Shown: positions 36,401 through 50,300, numbered from the whole stretch's first letter. The stretch: 63,997 nt of DNA, filler included, from Choristocarpus tenellus KU-1152 (GCA_964200185.2; 11 parts of 11 records of this genome joined end to end with filler, not necessarily neighbours in it), one strand, 5' to 3'. Translations and numbers: made by a program. Notes: generated by a model not told the origin, from the letters alone.

Positions 36401-39400
36401 TTGGAGACGGTACGGTGAGATGTTGCTGGTGGTGGTGTGTGTTGTGTGTGTATCCTTTGAGAATTCGTTGGGGGGGGGGGGGGGGGGGGGTTGTGTGTCA
36501 ATACTGGTGCAATGAACTCCATACCATACCCTACTCATTGTGCATACACTGATGAAAAGAGGCTGTTGCGTTGTGATGCGCCTCATGTGTATGCACGATC
36601 AGGTAGAACACATGCGGAACCAAAAGGTGGCGATGGAGAGGGCTGCTACAGAAAAGAACGAGCATGGAAAGAGAGACATTGTGTGTGAGGTGGGTCTTGT
36701 GTGTGGCCTGACCAGTCACATCTGCTTCTTCAATATGTTTCCCCAATCATCCCTACAATACCCTATACCTCTACACCCCCCACTCTACACCATGAGGTGG
36801 TGATTTCCCGTAGTCTAGGGCCTGTTCCAGTCCCCGATAAACAAACCACTCTCATGCCAACCTCAGCGCCACTGCTTCTACTTTCTTCCCTCCCGTTAAT
36901 GCCCCGGCAGTTAGGGGGGGCCCTCTCTGTAGTTCTTGGGAGGCAGAAGAGAGAGAAACCTTTTTGGCTACGAATAGTATGTGGTGTCTTCTAAGCCATC
37001 TGTCCATCTGTCTTCCTTGGTTTGCCTCTTTCTCAGGTCAGCGCCCCATGGAGGTCGATGTGAAGATGGTATCATTTTTTTTTCATGTACAATCAAAGTG
37101 TTTTTTACTGCTGTATAGTTGTTTTTAAAAGGAAAAAAAAAAGTTGGGTATATTTTTTATATTTATATATATATATATATAAATATTGTACAGTATTTTG
37201 GTGCGTTCTTTGTAATCTTTTCTGTTGATGTATTCAAGGCATTACCTGAAGGGTGTTGTGATTTGCCTATTTAATATTTTTTTTAAGAAAAGGGAGGTTT
37301 TGAGTGTAAGCGGACCGATAATGTTATTTTTTTCTCTTTTGGAGTTAGAGTTAGGGTTTGATGTACCCCTCTCGCCCTATTGGTCAGAAAACGTGGTGTG
37401 TAGTAGAGCCTTATCGAAACCCAATTGGATGAAGAAATTGACGAATTTCTCTTCACGTGCCGAAGTGATGATGCTGGTACATATTTGAGGTAAGGGCTCG
37501 TAAACCTTTTGTTAGACCGTTTTGATGCTGAGACCCATTGGTTTCCTTGATGAGTCTACCTCTTGCCATGCTCGAACAGGATGACATAACTGATGTGATT
37601 GATTTGTGATGGACTGTGTTTAATGATGGAGAGAGGGAAAGCCCTCTGAAAGGAGCCTTGTACTTTTTTGTCCCAAGGATGAAAATGGTGAGACTCCGTA
37701 TGTGTTGTGTTGGGGTGTTAAGAGAGGATGTTAACGTGAGAGTGAGGGCGAGAGAGTGACGGACCAATGAGAACGACAACAGGGATGACTCCGACTTGAT
37801 GACAGGTGCCCTCTTCATGTTCTTGCCACCTGTCTGTCCTCTGGTGCGCATCAACATTCTTCATTCTGCAACACTACACCTCACCTATCATCGTAATTGT
37901 CTACCCTTGGGCAACAGTATCCAATTTTTGAAACATTTTAACAATACCTCTCAAATGTATGTGTTTTGTGTATATGTATGTATGTTTGTGTGTATTCCAC
38001 GATGCAAACTAATTTGCAAGTTTGGACTTTTCCGGTCCTTGTTGAGTGGTTGTGTGGTACTAATTTATTGTTATTCAGAACACAAATTTTATCTCAAGGA
38101 CTGGTGTTGACATCAAGCACTTAATAATGACATCCTCTACACCAAATTTAAAAAAAAAAAACGGTGTTTTTCCTGTGTGCTGAACGTGGAGGAGAGGTTT
38201 TATTTGTTGGGCAGACCTTTTATGTTTGATGAGGTTTATTAGTTGGAGGGATATGGATATGGATATATACTTATATATATGCAGGGACTGGCTTCATCTA
38301 TTCATGGTAGCTTTGTTTGGTGTGAAAGTGAAGCTGTTCTTGACGGAGTGAAACCATTGAAAGGAGGAAGTACCACCTGGCCTGTTGTAAAAGAGGAATC
38401 TGATTATCACCGCCTTCCTCACTCGGGTGTCTGGTGGAAAGGATTCCCTTCATTATCGGCTTCACTATGAGTTAATGTTAGCTTGATAGGGTTTGTAGTC
38501 ATCAACCATACAAATGTCATTGGTTATTTATTGTGGTGCTGAAACCCTGCTATTGATATGTTTTTATTCAGAGCTAAGAATGCGCCATCTATGTTCTGGT
38601 TGTTGGCTCACCTGTATGTGGAATTACCCCATCTTGTTTTGTGTAGTACTGTGGTACTTCAAAATGTAGCACCTTTTTTGGAGAAGGGAACTTTGTTCCC
38701 TCTCTTAGGTACAGGTTCTATCGGTCATACAGTTGTGGTTCTTTTAATACAGATGCACTGTATACAATAGTGCCTTGGAGTTTTGGCCTTAACATACTAT
38801 CTGATTTTAGTGTTAGGATTAGGGTTGTGATTGTTGGATGTCACATGGTTATAGAATATTTCGCTCTATGTAACGTAACAGGTACTTTCTCCCTCTCTGA
38901 CCCTCCTCCCCAACACATCCTGACAAGTCGATCACCCTAACATTCTGAGGCCTCTACAACTGAGGTATTACTAGTTTCTTGTTCTCCTTAGTATGTTGCT
39001 CTCCTATGCCACCCAACCCCGGCCCCATTGGTCCGGCCGTTAGTGTATTGCTCAGTATCCACTGAAGTATGATGCCATCAATGGTTGACTGCTCCTATCC
39101 TTCTTACCTTCAATTTTTTTGTTTTCCTTGAGGAGTATTCATTGAGGATGGTGGGTTTCAATGCTGCTCACACTCTCCTGAGCTGAGAAGGACATTGGGT
39201 ATAACTTGGTTATCATTTTTTTTTTCCCTTCTATGCTTACATATGTGCCTCCTCAAGTAACATCCAGCATGCGATATCCCATCAAGTACTATCGAAGTTA
39301 TCATCCATGCTGCTACAAGATCCATCTGCATCCGCCAGCAATCCAAGTGGAAATAGGATGAGTAATACCCACTACCAATCCTCCTGTGGCTTGTCTTTCC

Positions 39401-39711
39401 TTGAGGGTTTGCTAGCATTGCATGGTCATACCATATACGTGATTGTCATGGGTCATGAGACATGGCTGGGTTTTTTTCTGAGAAACTTGACCCTTCAGCA
39501 TAATCCTTTTTGTCACAAATGCACCCCCACACACTGAATCTGTACTATACTTTATGAGAAATATAATAGAAAGCAATGACAATTGCTTCCTTCATCCTGA
39601 ACAAACAGTTCTCCTGCTCCTGTTTTTTTTCTATATTTCCACCTCCCCCTCCCCAACCCCTTTGACACTGTCGTCTGGCGGCCTCTCTAGGTCAGCGGGA
39701 ACATCATGCTG
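33497..39711 (+). CDS. LUC7: LUC7-family U1 snRNP-associated splicing factor, internal exons; join(33497..33565,34988..35080,36162..36239,36603..36689,39691..39711)
   Basis: The spliced translation is DQYPYERDLMLFLEDLVAACDRR|VGKNKDRL...LIDLERQ|MGEKMEMSEKQAEEGLVDEAQALLAE|VEHMRNQK...KRDIVCE|VSGNIML. This matches LUC7 (YE..L..L...DRRI; AE.LG.EG.VDEA; VCEV at the start of ZnF2). All introns are phase-0 GT-AG. Confidence 0.88.
33870..34239. mobile_element. Inverted-repeat element in a LUC7 intron, spanning a 10-N gap
   Basis: TIR tgaagaaccatcaatgacccgagggg / cccctcgggtcattgacggctcttca. The inner inverted arm appears twice around the N gap at 34127-34136, probably an assembly duplication. Confidence 0.7.
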
Positions 39712-40575
39712 GTGAGTAGAGGCAAGAGGAGGGGAAAGGGAGTGAATTCAGGGATAAAGGTTCTCGTGACCATGGATAGGTGTTGATACGTGGATTATCC
39801 ATTTCAGGGACATTCAGGGGGTGAATGTGGGGTTTTTTTGTTTTTACATCTGAAAATACGGATGTTCTTTTTCGTGATGGTATTTGATGCTTTTTGTTTC
39901 AAGGGTGAATTTCCCTGTGCAATTTGCAACAGCCTCAGTTTGTGGGATACATGCATTTCCTCAATGTAGGCAGTAGTGTGTGTGTGTGTGTTGTTTTTGT
40001 GGAAACGTTTTGAGGTGTATGCTGTATCTTTTTACCTTGTTAGGGTTTCTTACAATCATGTGTTGTATAGGTGATTGATTGTTTGATTGGCAAATGTAGA
40101 AGTGTAGTAGTGGTAAGAAAAAGACAATAGGGTTCCGAGTGTTTTTAAAAGCTATCAAAAGTTTTGGATTCAGTAAGTGTGGACTGGAGCAAGGAAAAAA
40201 CAAAAACATCGCTGCATCGGGACTGCAAGAATAGTGTCTATTGGATCAAGAAATGAAAGTTATAGTTTGAACCAACTACTTTGTGGCCAGGACAAGTATG
40301 GTTCAAGTAAGCCAAGACGATGGCCTGGTCTAGGAATGATGCTTGGGCAGTGTGATATTTGTTGCTTGTGCCTAAGTATGCAGTAGTAGTATTGTAGCCT
40401 TTATTCATTTCCCTCTCTGAGCCCTCCCCCCCCCCCCCCCCCCCCCACCCCCACCTCCCCCCCAACCACAAGCCCNNNNNNNNNNNNNNNNNNNNNNNNN
40501 NNNNNNNNNNNNNNNNNNNTTAATTAATTAANNNNNNNNNNNNNNNNNNNNNNNNNNNNNNNNNNNNNNNNNNNN

Positions 40576-40690
40576 AAAAGTGCACTTACATTATCCATCC
40601 GACGTATGCAACCCAACCAAACAAAAATCGCTACATGAAAAAATTGGCCCCAAGTGGACAGCCGCTACCCCCTCCCAGATACTTTGGGTC
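40576..40690. mobile_element. MITE family B, partial, reverse orientation
   Basis: Reverse complement of the 18705 copy interior, ending cccagatactttgggtc. Confidence 0.8.
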
Positions 40691-40860
40691 AGTGCGTTAA
40701 AGTGGAACCATAAGGGGATCGTGTATTATATGTTTGAAGCTGCATGCAGTGTAAGGATACTTTCAACTGAATCTTTGTGTCTGCGGTCTCCCTCATTCCC
40801 GATATCAAAACTTGTTGTACTCAATCCTATCATTTCCCTCCTAACCACCAAACGACACAG

Positions 40861-43800
40861 TTTATCATTGTTGCTGCATATGACCACATCGATCCCAGTG
40901 TGCCAATCCCAGAGAGGGTTGGCAAAGCCTTAGCACGGGTCGGGCTGTCCATTTCCTGTGAGTGCATTTTTCTCTCTGTTGAGGGCTGCAATGCAGTCAA
41001 GCTTCGTATTTTTCACACTTGAAAATTGTGTGCGTTTGTTGAATGCCATAGCAGTTGGTAATAATGCATTCAACTTCGAGGAACTTGACCAACTAATTGT
41101 TGATTCTACATCAATAGTAAGAAAGTTGTTTATAGTCTTGCTTTCACAAACTGTTGCCTAGAATGTGTGCCAAACCATACCTTTGCATGTCACTCTGCTG
41201 TTGTCATCACTTTACTCCCTCGGTCACTTTTTCTTTAACTTCCTCTTTACACTTTGCGGAATGCTGTGTCTCTTATATATATGGGTGGGTTGTCTGTGTC
41301 TATGTGCATATGTTGTTGTATGTTAATGTGTTTTACTGCACTGCTATTTCACGCTGAAGACACATCCCTCACGGACTTCCTGGCTTTCATGTTGGGGAGC
41401 ACGACCTCCCTCCCTGCTGTGGAGTACTTTTGCTTCTATGCTGGCACTGCTATACTCTTCGACTACCTCCTGCAGGTTTAATGCGTGTCTTGATACATAT
41501 TGTGCGCAGCATCATACACTAGCAGAGTTAATTATTAGATAGGTGCTATTGATAGTTTTGTGACAGTAGACATACTTGAACCTACAATAGAAACAAAATG
41601 GTGTTTGCATGACAACACATACTCGAAGTGAAGGACTTGTGTCCCTTTTAGAGTTATACTAGGTAGTAATTAAATTAAGACAAGAGTTCAAGTACATTAG
41701 AGGGTAGAGCCGCGTCCGTTTGGGGACCAAAATCCAATGTTGCGATTTAGATATAATTTTGGCTACCGTGTTTGTTAGGAAGTGTCAGTATCCTTCTTCT
41801 GGACACACCTTTCCATAATGTACACATTGTACCTAATCCGAAACATTTCGGATTAGGTAAAATGTCAATAAAATCCCGTGGGAAGCCAAGTCCTAAATGG
41901 ACAAACAGGGCAAAACTCGTACCCTCTAAGATACTTTAACTCACAAGGGTGGAGATGTACTGTTTCACAGGAAGACAAAGGATTACACTAACACATATCC
42001 CACAGTATTCTAGGGGATGGCAGACACAGTATAGTTGTGCACAGCGTGATGAAGATGCTGTTGAACGTAAAATGCGGACTGCATCGAAAAAAACGTAGCC
42101 CCTGTCTCCCCTGATATCATTTTGTCGCTCTATGATAGGCTGGTACGTGTCCTGTTTCTTGACTCCTTATTTCCCATTACATTATGTCCCACAGGTAACT
42201 GCCTTTGTGGCATTTCTGGCGATGGATGCAAGGAGGCAAAAGTCGGGAAGGTGGGACTGCCTCTGCTGCATATCCTCCTCCACCATGGTCGAAAATGATG
42301 ATTCTGAGGTGAGTAGCATGTGGTAGACTATCATGTTCTTTACTTTCTCCCCTTACCTCACCTGCTTCTGGCTACGAGTCTTTTCCAATCCCATATCACA
42401 TTAAACCGTTCTCAAGGAACTTTTCTGATCTTACAAATAATGTATAGGCGTACGAATTAAAAACAACATCAGTGCCGAGAAGTGTACGAATGAAAAAGTT
42501 CAATCTATGTCTGCAATGCACTCTCACACCTGTGTGGCGGCATGCTCACAATTTTTTTGCTTGTTGAGGTTTGTCTCTGAATAGCAATAATAGTGCTTGA
42601 GCAAGGAGCATATGCTCTTCCTCCATTGATAGTTACCAAGGTTATAGTGAAACACTTGAAGAGGTAGATATGTAGATTATCAAACAAAATTGCGATTATA
42701 TAACCACAGCATCTTAACTCAGAAGAAGCCTTTATGTACTTTATGTACTTTATGTACTTCAAATACCTTCTATCGTTCTTGATATTATTTGCCCTTGAAT
42801 GAAGTATTGAATATACATATATATGTGTGAAACCTCATGATACAAGGTGGTCTTGGGCTCCACTAGCTTCGCTTGTTCACTTTTCCTCCTTCAACAAGTG
42901 CGCTTCCCTGCTGTTCCCCACAATTCAATGATGATGTGACTGCTACGAGCAAGGCCTGCTCGGTTAGTAACCCAGGGGTTCTTGGGGATAAAGTGGGGAC
43001 CAGTATTGCCATCTCTGGCGAGGTCAAGACTGGTGAAGACGGAAATGCCAGGGTTGCTGTAGGACCTGTGGCAGCAGCACATGCTCCATCTCTCGATTGC
43101 ATTGATAAGGCTCGCCTTTCTCCCATCGGCAGGTATACACTCCTCATTGCAGTAAGGGATGCGAGGGCAGGAGGGTGGGAGCCAACAGGGGGAAGGAAAA
43201 TGGGCAATGATTAGAGGCAGTGTGTTCCTTTTTTTTTTCTAGCAATACCCGAACTTAAGAACTCCGCTTGTTGCCAAGCATATTAGAATGAAAGTGTGCA
43301 CAGTGATAGGTTACTCACCACAATTTCCTTCTCCTACCTTAGAACAGATTGATGGCCGACAAGTATGCCCCAGTGCTTCTTTCCAAGCCAGGAAAGTTGA
43401 TTGCACTAGCTGCTACCTCTGCTCTACTGGCTGCCGGTATATATGGGATCACTCGGGTGAGCATCAATTATTGTAGGTAGCAATTCACTGAGGTGCTGTT
43501 GGCATGAACATCCCCTTCTTTTGTGCTGCAAAGTCCAGTCCGATTATAATATATATTGTGCTTGGTCATGGTGACTGTGCGCGTAGAGGTTGCTATAAGG
43601 AAACAGGGCAAATCCCATCTGAGCAAATCTTGAACGGAGAATGGCACGCACGAGCTGTCACTATAGATCCAATCTGCGTTTGTACAGCAGTCTGGCGTCA
43701 TTTGCTTTTCGCCTCACTATTATACTGTGTTCTGTCTAAAGGTTTTGTACTGTCTTGTGATAGAAATAAATATGCCTGGCTCTCCTCATACTCTAGCGGC

Positions 43801-45196
43801 GTTGTATCATTGTTAGAGCAAAACATGCTACATGACTACTATTTTATCCACGCATGTCCAAAATGGTAAAAATGTGTGTGTAGACTCTCATGCGCATGCA
43901 TCAGGCATATATGTGTGTAAGTATTACAGTATGCGCTAGGTTGATATTCACAGATTCCTCTCACACATTTGCTATATTAACAAATATCACGTCTGTGCAA
44001 AAAATGTGGGATGCAGGCTAGTGAAGGGTTTGATTTGGTGGACCTTGTTCCGGATGACTCCTACGCAAGAGAATGTGAGGACAGCATGAAGCAAATCTAT
44101 TCCTATGCCAAAGACTCCCTTGTAACCCCAACCTCCACTCACGTACCATTTTGTGTGTAGGCTTCCTTTAGATTTACTGCTTGAAGACCAACATAGTAGA
44201 GCATGATAATTCTGGTGTCTTTGTGGTGATTTTAGCAGGTCTTCAGGTGAGGGCCGTCACTTCTTTTCTCCTCAACTTTATCTTGACGATCCTTTTTTTA
44301 TGATTTGCTACTGACCCGAACATGGATTGTATGTTTTACATTCTGGTACTGTGGCGTTCTGGGGAGCACTGATGGGGGGCATTTTCCCACCCCAAACACG
44401 GTTTTCTTGATCCCGTGTGGTTGTACCATTGAAATACTTTACGAGAAACCCCATGCTTAGGACGTGCCCCCTATGCTATTGAGACATCCTTATCCTAAGT
44501 TACTGAAAATTTTGCAAAGTTGCGAAAAAGAAAAGAGCGGGTGTCTCTTAAGTAGGGGTGACTCCTAAAGTATAGCAATATCCTCAACCCTCTTCTCAAT
44601 TAAGAGTCACAAGTAACAGTTCAATGCTTGGTGGTGCAAGCTATGCTGATTAGTTGTTGCGTGAGAGACTTTGAGCAATGGACGCGGAAGAACATATGCT
44701 TCTTGCAAGGAAGGCATTCCTCTATAATGTGTATCATGATATTTAACTGACCTGCCCTGATAGGTTTGAACTAAAGAAGTAGAGGATCTCCGCGCTCCAC
44801 AAGCTGTTCTTTGTTAATATAATGTTAGCTAGGAAATTGGCACGAATTCAGCATGTGCAGTACGTATTATAGTGTCCTGAAATCTGTTCATTAGACTTTC
44901 CTTTGCCTGCAAGAATTTAGGCAACCATCGTGATGCAAGCTTAACTGGAAGACCAGTCAATCACCTACAAAGATCAAACTCGTTGCATCCACTTCGCTAT
45001 CATACACTCAGTTTATTACACCTGTTTGCACTTTTCTTCACCCCCACATCCCTGCTTGCACTGACACTGTCCATTTTCATCCCCAAAATGAGAAGACTAC
45101 AAGGTGGCAAGGGAATATGACTTGGACATCACTTCGGATTTCCTTCCGCTGAACATCTACTATGAGGACGTAGACTACACAGACACTGCAGTTCAA
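40861..45196 (+). CDS. Patched/NPC1-family sterol-sensing-domain membrane protein, internal exons (40861..40957, 41360..41475, 42195..42308, ~42954..43132, 43348..43456, 44017..44074, 45096..45196)
   Basis: The spliced translation is FIIVAAYDHIDPSVPIPERVGKALARVGLSIS|YTSLTDFLAFMLGSTTSLPAVEYFCFYAGTAILFDYLLQ|VTAFVAFLAMDARRQKSGRWDCLCC...LMADKYAPVLLSKPGK...|ASEGFDLVDLVPDDSYARE|YYKVAREY..., the classic NPC1/PTCHD SSD segment. Phases are consistent. The acceptor of exon 4 is uncertain. Confidence 0.9.
41684..41942. mobile_element. MITE family A within an intron of the SSD gene
   Basis: TIRs GAGttcaagtacattagaggg / ccctctaagatactttaaCTC, with TSD ACAA. Confidence 0.9.
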
Positions 45197-47056
45197 GTTA
45201 GTGCTTGTAACATCCATAGTCGTCAGATAGGGTTTAACATATTTCAGGAGTGATTAAAGGGGCAAGGCCTGCAGCACAAATATTTGGCCAGATTCGTGTG
45301 TATTAGTGTATGTGTGGCAAGAGGAATCTGAAATTTGAATCAGATTGGAGAGCCCATGAGGAGATCACGAAGGATCTAGAATTCGGAAGTGCGTCTTTCT
45401 TTGTCCAATGCCATGCTGCTAAGGGTCCATCCCGCCCCTCCCAGTTTCGTCTCTGCCCCCCCCTCTTGTCCTTGCCCATGTCATTATCGAATTGCAATTG
45501 TCTCACCCCTCATTTTCCCCAATCAGATTATGCGAGGTTCATGCAGTAGTGGTATGGAGAGGACAGTAAATGTTTATGTTCTTGATGCAGCTCCCAGTAT
45601 ATCTCTCATGTTGTTTGACTTTGCACATGAAGCCTCATTCGAATGTGTTCAACTGGTTGCTTTTTCTGCGATGCATTTTTCTTTACATAGATCTGTCTAC
45701 ATACACACACATACATATTGAGTACATTTCACTTACGATTTCGGTTCAAAGAGCCCTATAATGTTCATTTTAAACCTCAGAGTATATTGTGTGCGTTCAA
45801 GTTTATCATACCAGAGACGTTTTCGTATAGTGTTCTGACCCAAAGTATCTGGGGGGGGAGTGGGGGNNNNNNNNNNNNNNNNNNNNNNNNNNNNNNNNNN
45901 NNNNNNNNNNTTAATTAATTAANNNNNNNNNNNNNNNNNNNNNNNNNNNNNNNNNNNNNNNNNNNNGGACCCCCTTGTGGAGCCCCCCCCCCCCTCCCAG
46001 ATACTTTAGGTCTATTCTCTATCACGACTATTTGTTCAAGAGGAGGAACTGCAGAGAGTAGGTGTTATGTGCCTTAGCTACAGGAGTGTATATTATTGTT
46101 GGTACATTGTGCAGGGAAGATTAAGCAATTTCGAATATGCCACCTGACTGGGTAACCAGTCATGCATATTTTTGGCTATGAAACATTCTTGTACAGTGCG
46201 CATTTTTTGAAGTTAGATTTTAACTGCGTAATAATTTCGGATGTATATTTATTTTATGTGGTATGCAGTTTCCTTGTCTGTCCATCAGGAGTAGTATCTA
46301 CCATGTTTTTATCTCTTGACACAATGGTATCACTTTGCGCCCTCATCTCACTTGGAATGATTGGTTATAGATATGAGTGTGATCAAACTTTCTAAGAAAC
46401 CTATGAGAATGCTGACTCAAAATCTTACTTGTTCTAGACCTGATTGTGCTCTGGTGGATGGACCCCCCTCCCATTTCGGTTACCTTTTGAGAGGTGGTCT
46501 ATTTGAGGGAGGTTTGAAGAGATATTCGTGGGGGGGGGTTGAAAAAGGTATTTTTCGGGGGGGGTTATCAAAAGGTCATTTTTTGCATCTTTTACAAACA
46601 CCAACATTTCACCAATATCTGTACCCAACCTAAATCGTATATTGTAAAAGGTTGATGGAGAGGTGTGTTGAAAAAGGTTCAACAGAATGTGACCGGCCTT
46701 CATCCCCTTTAGCTCGACCTTTGAGAAAGGCCATTTTGAGTGGGGCTGATAGGGTCATGGCACCTTTTGTAAACCATTTTCTACAACAATTTTTCGGTTA
46801 CCGGTGAGGTGTTTGAGAGAGGCTGTTTGGTGGTGGTTTTTGAGTCGACAATATCCATCAAATTTCGAAAAAGTGTGTTGAAAAAGGTTCAAGAGAAATA
46901 TGAAAAGGTTGAGAAAGGGTTTGATGTATTTATGTTGTAATTCAGATATCAATCAGGCAATGGTTGCACTACATAAGAGAATAATGCCACAACAGTATGG
47001 CTGCATATTGTATTATAAAAGCATCACTTTCAAATGCATAATACCCAAGTAAAAAA

Positions 47057-47310
47057 GAGCGAAAGTATCTTAGAGGGTACGAATTTTGTCCTGTTTGTCC
47101 ATGTGGAGCTTGGCTTCCCATGGGTTTTTATTGACATTTTTTACCTACTCCAAAATGTTTCGGAATATGTAAAATGTATACGTTACGAAAAGGAGTGTCT
47201 AGACAAGGATATTGACATCTCCTAACATATAGTCAAAATTACATCAAAATTGCGTCATCGGATTTTGGTCCCCAGACGGACGCGACTGTACCCTCTAAGA
47301 TACTTTGGCT
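47057..47310. mobile_element. MITE family A, opposite orientation
   Basis: gagcgaaagtatcttagagggtacg...ctgtaccctctaagatactttggct, with AAAA on both flanks. Confidence 0.88.
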
Positions 47311-50300
47311 AAAAGAAAAAAATGATCTACCTTCACACACGTACAAGATATATTGCGGGTTAAGGGAAGAAAGAAAACACACAAGTCTTGGGAGAAACTA
47401 AGAACAATACGAATCTACACTTAGTTGTGTATGCAAAATAGTATCACACATTGCAATCCTCCTCCGCCTTGAACCCCAGACCTCTTATCGTTTTGGATGA
47501 GAGACACAAATAATTGTCATGCCATACAATGATCCTTTATTTTTGCACCCACATCCGCAGCTCCATGTATGCGTGGTTTGGATATAGCACTACATCATCC
47601 TGTGTGTACTCAGTTGATCTGAGGAGAGGATGATGAGAAGGCACATAGGCGACGTAAGGTGTATCTGGGGATACTCAGTAAGGTTAAGCACTGTTCAGAG
47701 TGAACATAACTTCTAGAAACCTTTGGTGAGTGGCTATCGGTAACATTAAATATCAACAAGAGTAAATAATTAATTTACTACAGAACACGACTCCAAGTGG
47801 GATGATGTCAGCGATTGGGAACTTTCAGGGGACTAGTGAAGGGAAAAATACTGATTAGTTGTGAGTGAAGGTGAAAAGCAGGACAAGGAATAGAAGAATA
47901 CCTCACAATAGAGTACTCATTTGGACAGAGGAACTTAGGCACTGCCTAAAAGTCGGACATGTTCAAAGTCTAATACTTTGTGGCATATGCTCCTGCATAT
48001 TTCAGTAGTGGTTCGTAGAGACTGCAGAGTGCGAGGGTGTGTGTGTGCGGTTTCGAAAGAATATAACCAAGGTGTTCGTTATGATCTTTGTGAGGAGTGA
48101 GATACAAATAGGACAGAAGAGTGCGGACCTTATTGTTCAGACTTCCACTCTTTGAAACTCCTGTTTCTTGAGGCAATTCCCACCCCAACAAAAATGCAAA
48201 GTAAAAAAAATAACAAGAAAAAAACTCAACTAGAAAGAAGGGTTTTCGCCACACGAATGGTGCTCTTGTCCGAGACTGCAGGCAGATCTGGGTGTTCACC
48301 GTCGCCCATGTTTTTTGAGTGAGCCCAACACACTTCAAGGCAGATGTCAAATCCATTGTGTATGGTTTAACCAGCATGAAGGGAACTAGCTTAAGTGGAC
48401 GGAATTTATATACGATGGTTGGTGTGTGTTAAAAACAGAATGAAACATGTCAACACGCTATACAATATACACTAGTGATATCATGGCACAGGTCTAAGAT
48501 GATACGTATTATAAGTGAGGTTTAGGGTGAGGGGAGTTGTGGCTGGGAGGGCAAATGAGTTGAATTATGGTAACGACTCCCACACACGTTTACATAAAAT
48601 TCTGGAGTGTTTTTTCGGAATTATGTTGTCTGCCCTCAGGATCTCCAGGGGTGCTGAACACGCATTTCCACTAGAGTTGTACCTTGACATCTTGTGTTTT
48701 ACCACAACACCACCAAAGAAATCCTCTTTCAGCACGTTCATCTGCACTGCCCTATCAATATCATGACGTATTAATGAAAGCACGCACGGCATTGGTGCAG
48801 GACATATATCACATTGATACAGAACAGGGGCAGAGATCAATTTACATACGACTTTGGTATGTTATATTTATCACTCCATCGTGTAGTTGGTTTGTGGTGT
48901 GAAGTTTGCATTAATATGATTAATTACCTTAAGATGCACACAGACGATGAACGCTAGTCACAAGCCCTAAATACTAATTGTTATCCTGATGTTCAAATTG
49001 AAAAGGGGTAAAATTTTCAATACAGGATAGGGCCAAATGTCCATACAACTAATAGTAATGTTTCACCTATCTCTGCTTTAGGACAATATATAGGTAAAAG
49101 GTTATAGTTGAGGCAACAAGACTGTTGACATCAACTCTAAACTGTAACTCAGACCTATGATAGAAATGTAATCAATTTCTATCACAATACTTCGACACAG
49201 CCAAGTGACACTTGTCTTGTCGTTCAAGTGATGCTCCTGCTCACGACTATGGAGGATGTCCATCCACCATTGTACATACATCAACCGTACAGCCTTAGGG
49301 ATGGCGGTCTTTACAGATCTCAGAATCTGCTTAAAATATATTTTCGAACAAGAAAAAGAGTGGGTGAGAGTAGGTGACAAGGCGCTCATTATATATCCAC
49401 CCGTCAGTTCAATGCAGTTTAAGTCGTCTACGATAGTAATCAAATATAAGTTTTTGGATGATTTACGACAATGAACTATGTACAGCTTGATGCACCACAG
49501 AGACCACACAAGAACATCATAAAGCTACAGGAAAACTTTCCAGGCGAGCAGAAGTCCAAGATGCTGGATTCAAGCAATGGATACCGATACAAAACATGAT
49601 TGAGCCAAGTACGCCGTCATACCTCCTCTAAGCCTAAAAGGGATTTTGGCAAGTAAATACATGTACACGATGTGCACATAGTACAATAGGGAACCTGTCT
49701 TTGGTGCGCTGTCATGCCTCCCCTAAGCCTGAAATGATTTTTTGTAAGAAAATACATGTACACAATGGGCATAATACAACAGGAAATCTGTCTTGGGTTA
49801 TCGGCAGTGGGATGGGTGAATATAGAGGTGGAACTTACAAGGCGTTTGCTTCTTGAAAACAATGAAATCAAATCTTGCAAATATACCCCTAGTACAATAC
49901 AAAACACTGTCAAGTTCATGGGCCGAAGGATAGAGCTCAACATACCAAGAGAAGTGAGGCGTGTTTTCCCTTTCCCAGAGACCATGTCTCATTGTGGTGG
50001 TAGGTCTGAAGGCATGTCAGAGCCATTTAGTGACACTTACTATTACCATCATCAGATATCACTGCAAGAGATTTGCAAAGGGGACTCTTTGTAGCTGTCA
50101 CCGCTGTTGGGCTTCCCTTTCCTCGTCCATCAGAACACTCGCCCAGTATACTGTGCCAGCCACGGGAGAAGCCCTGATAAATGAAAAAGAAATTCCTCAC
50201 ATTCTGAAATGATTTTGGAATATTGCTCGCGACGACTACAATATTCCAAGCGGATAGTAGGATGTACGATGTTGGTGGCTCAACTTTCAAAACGATACTA

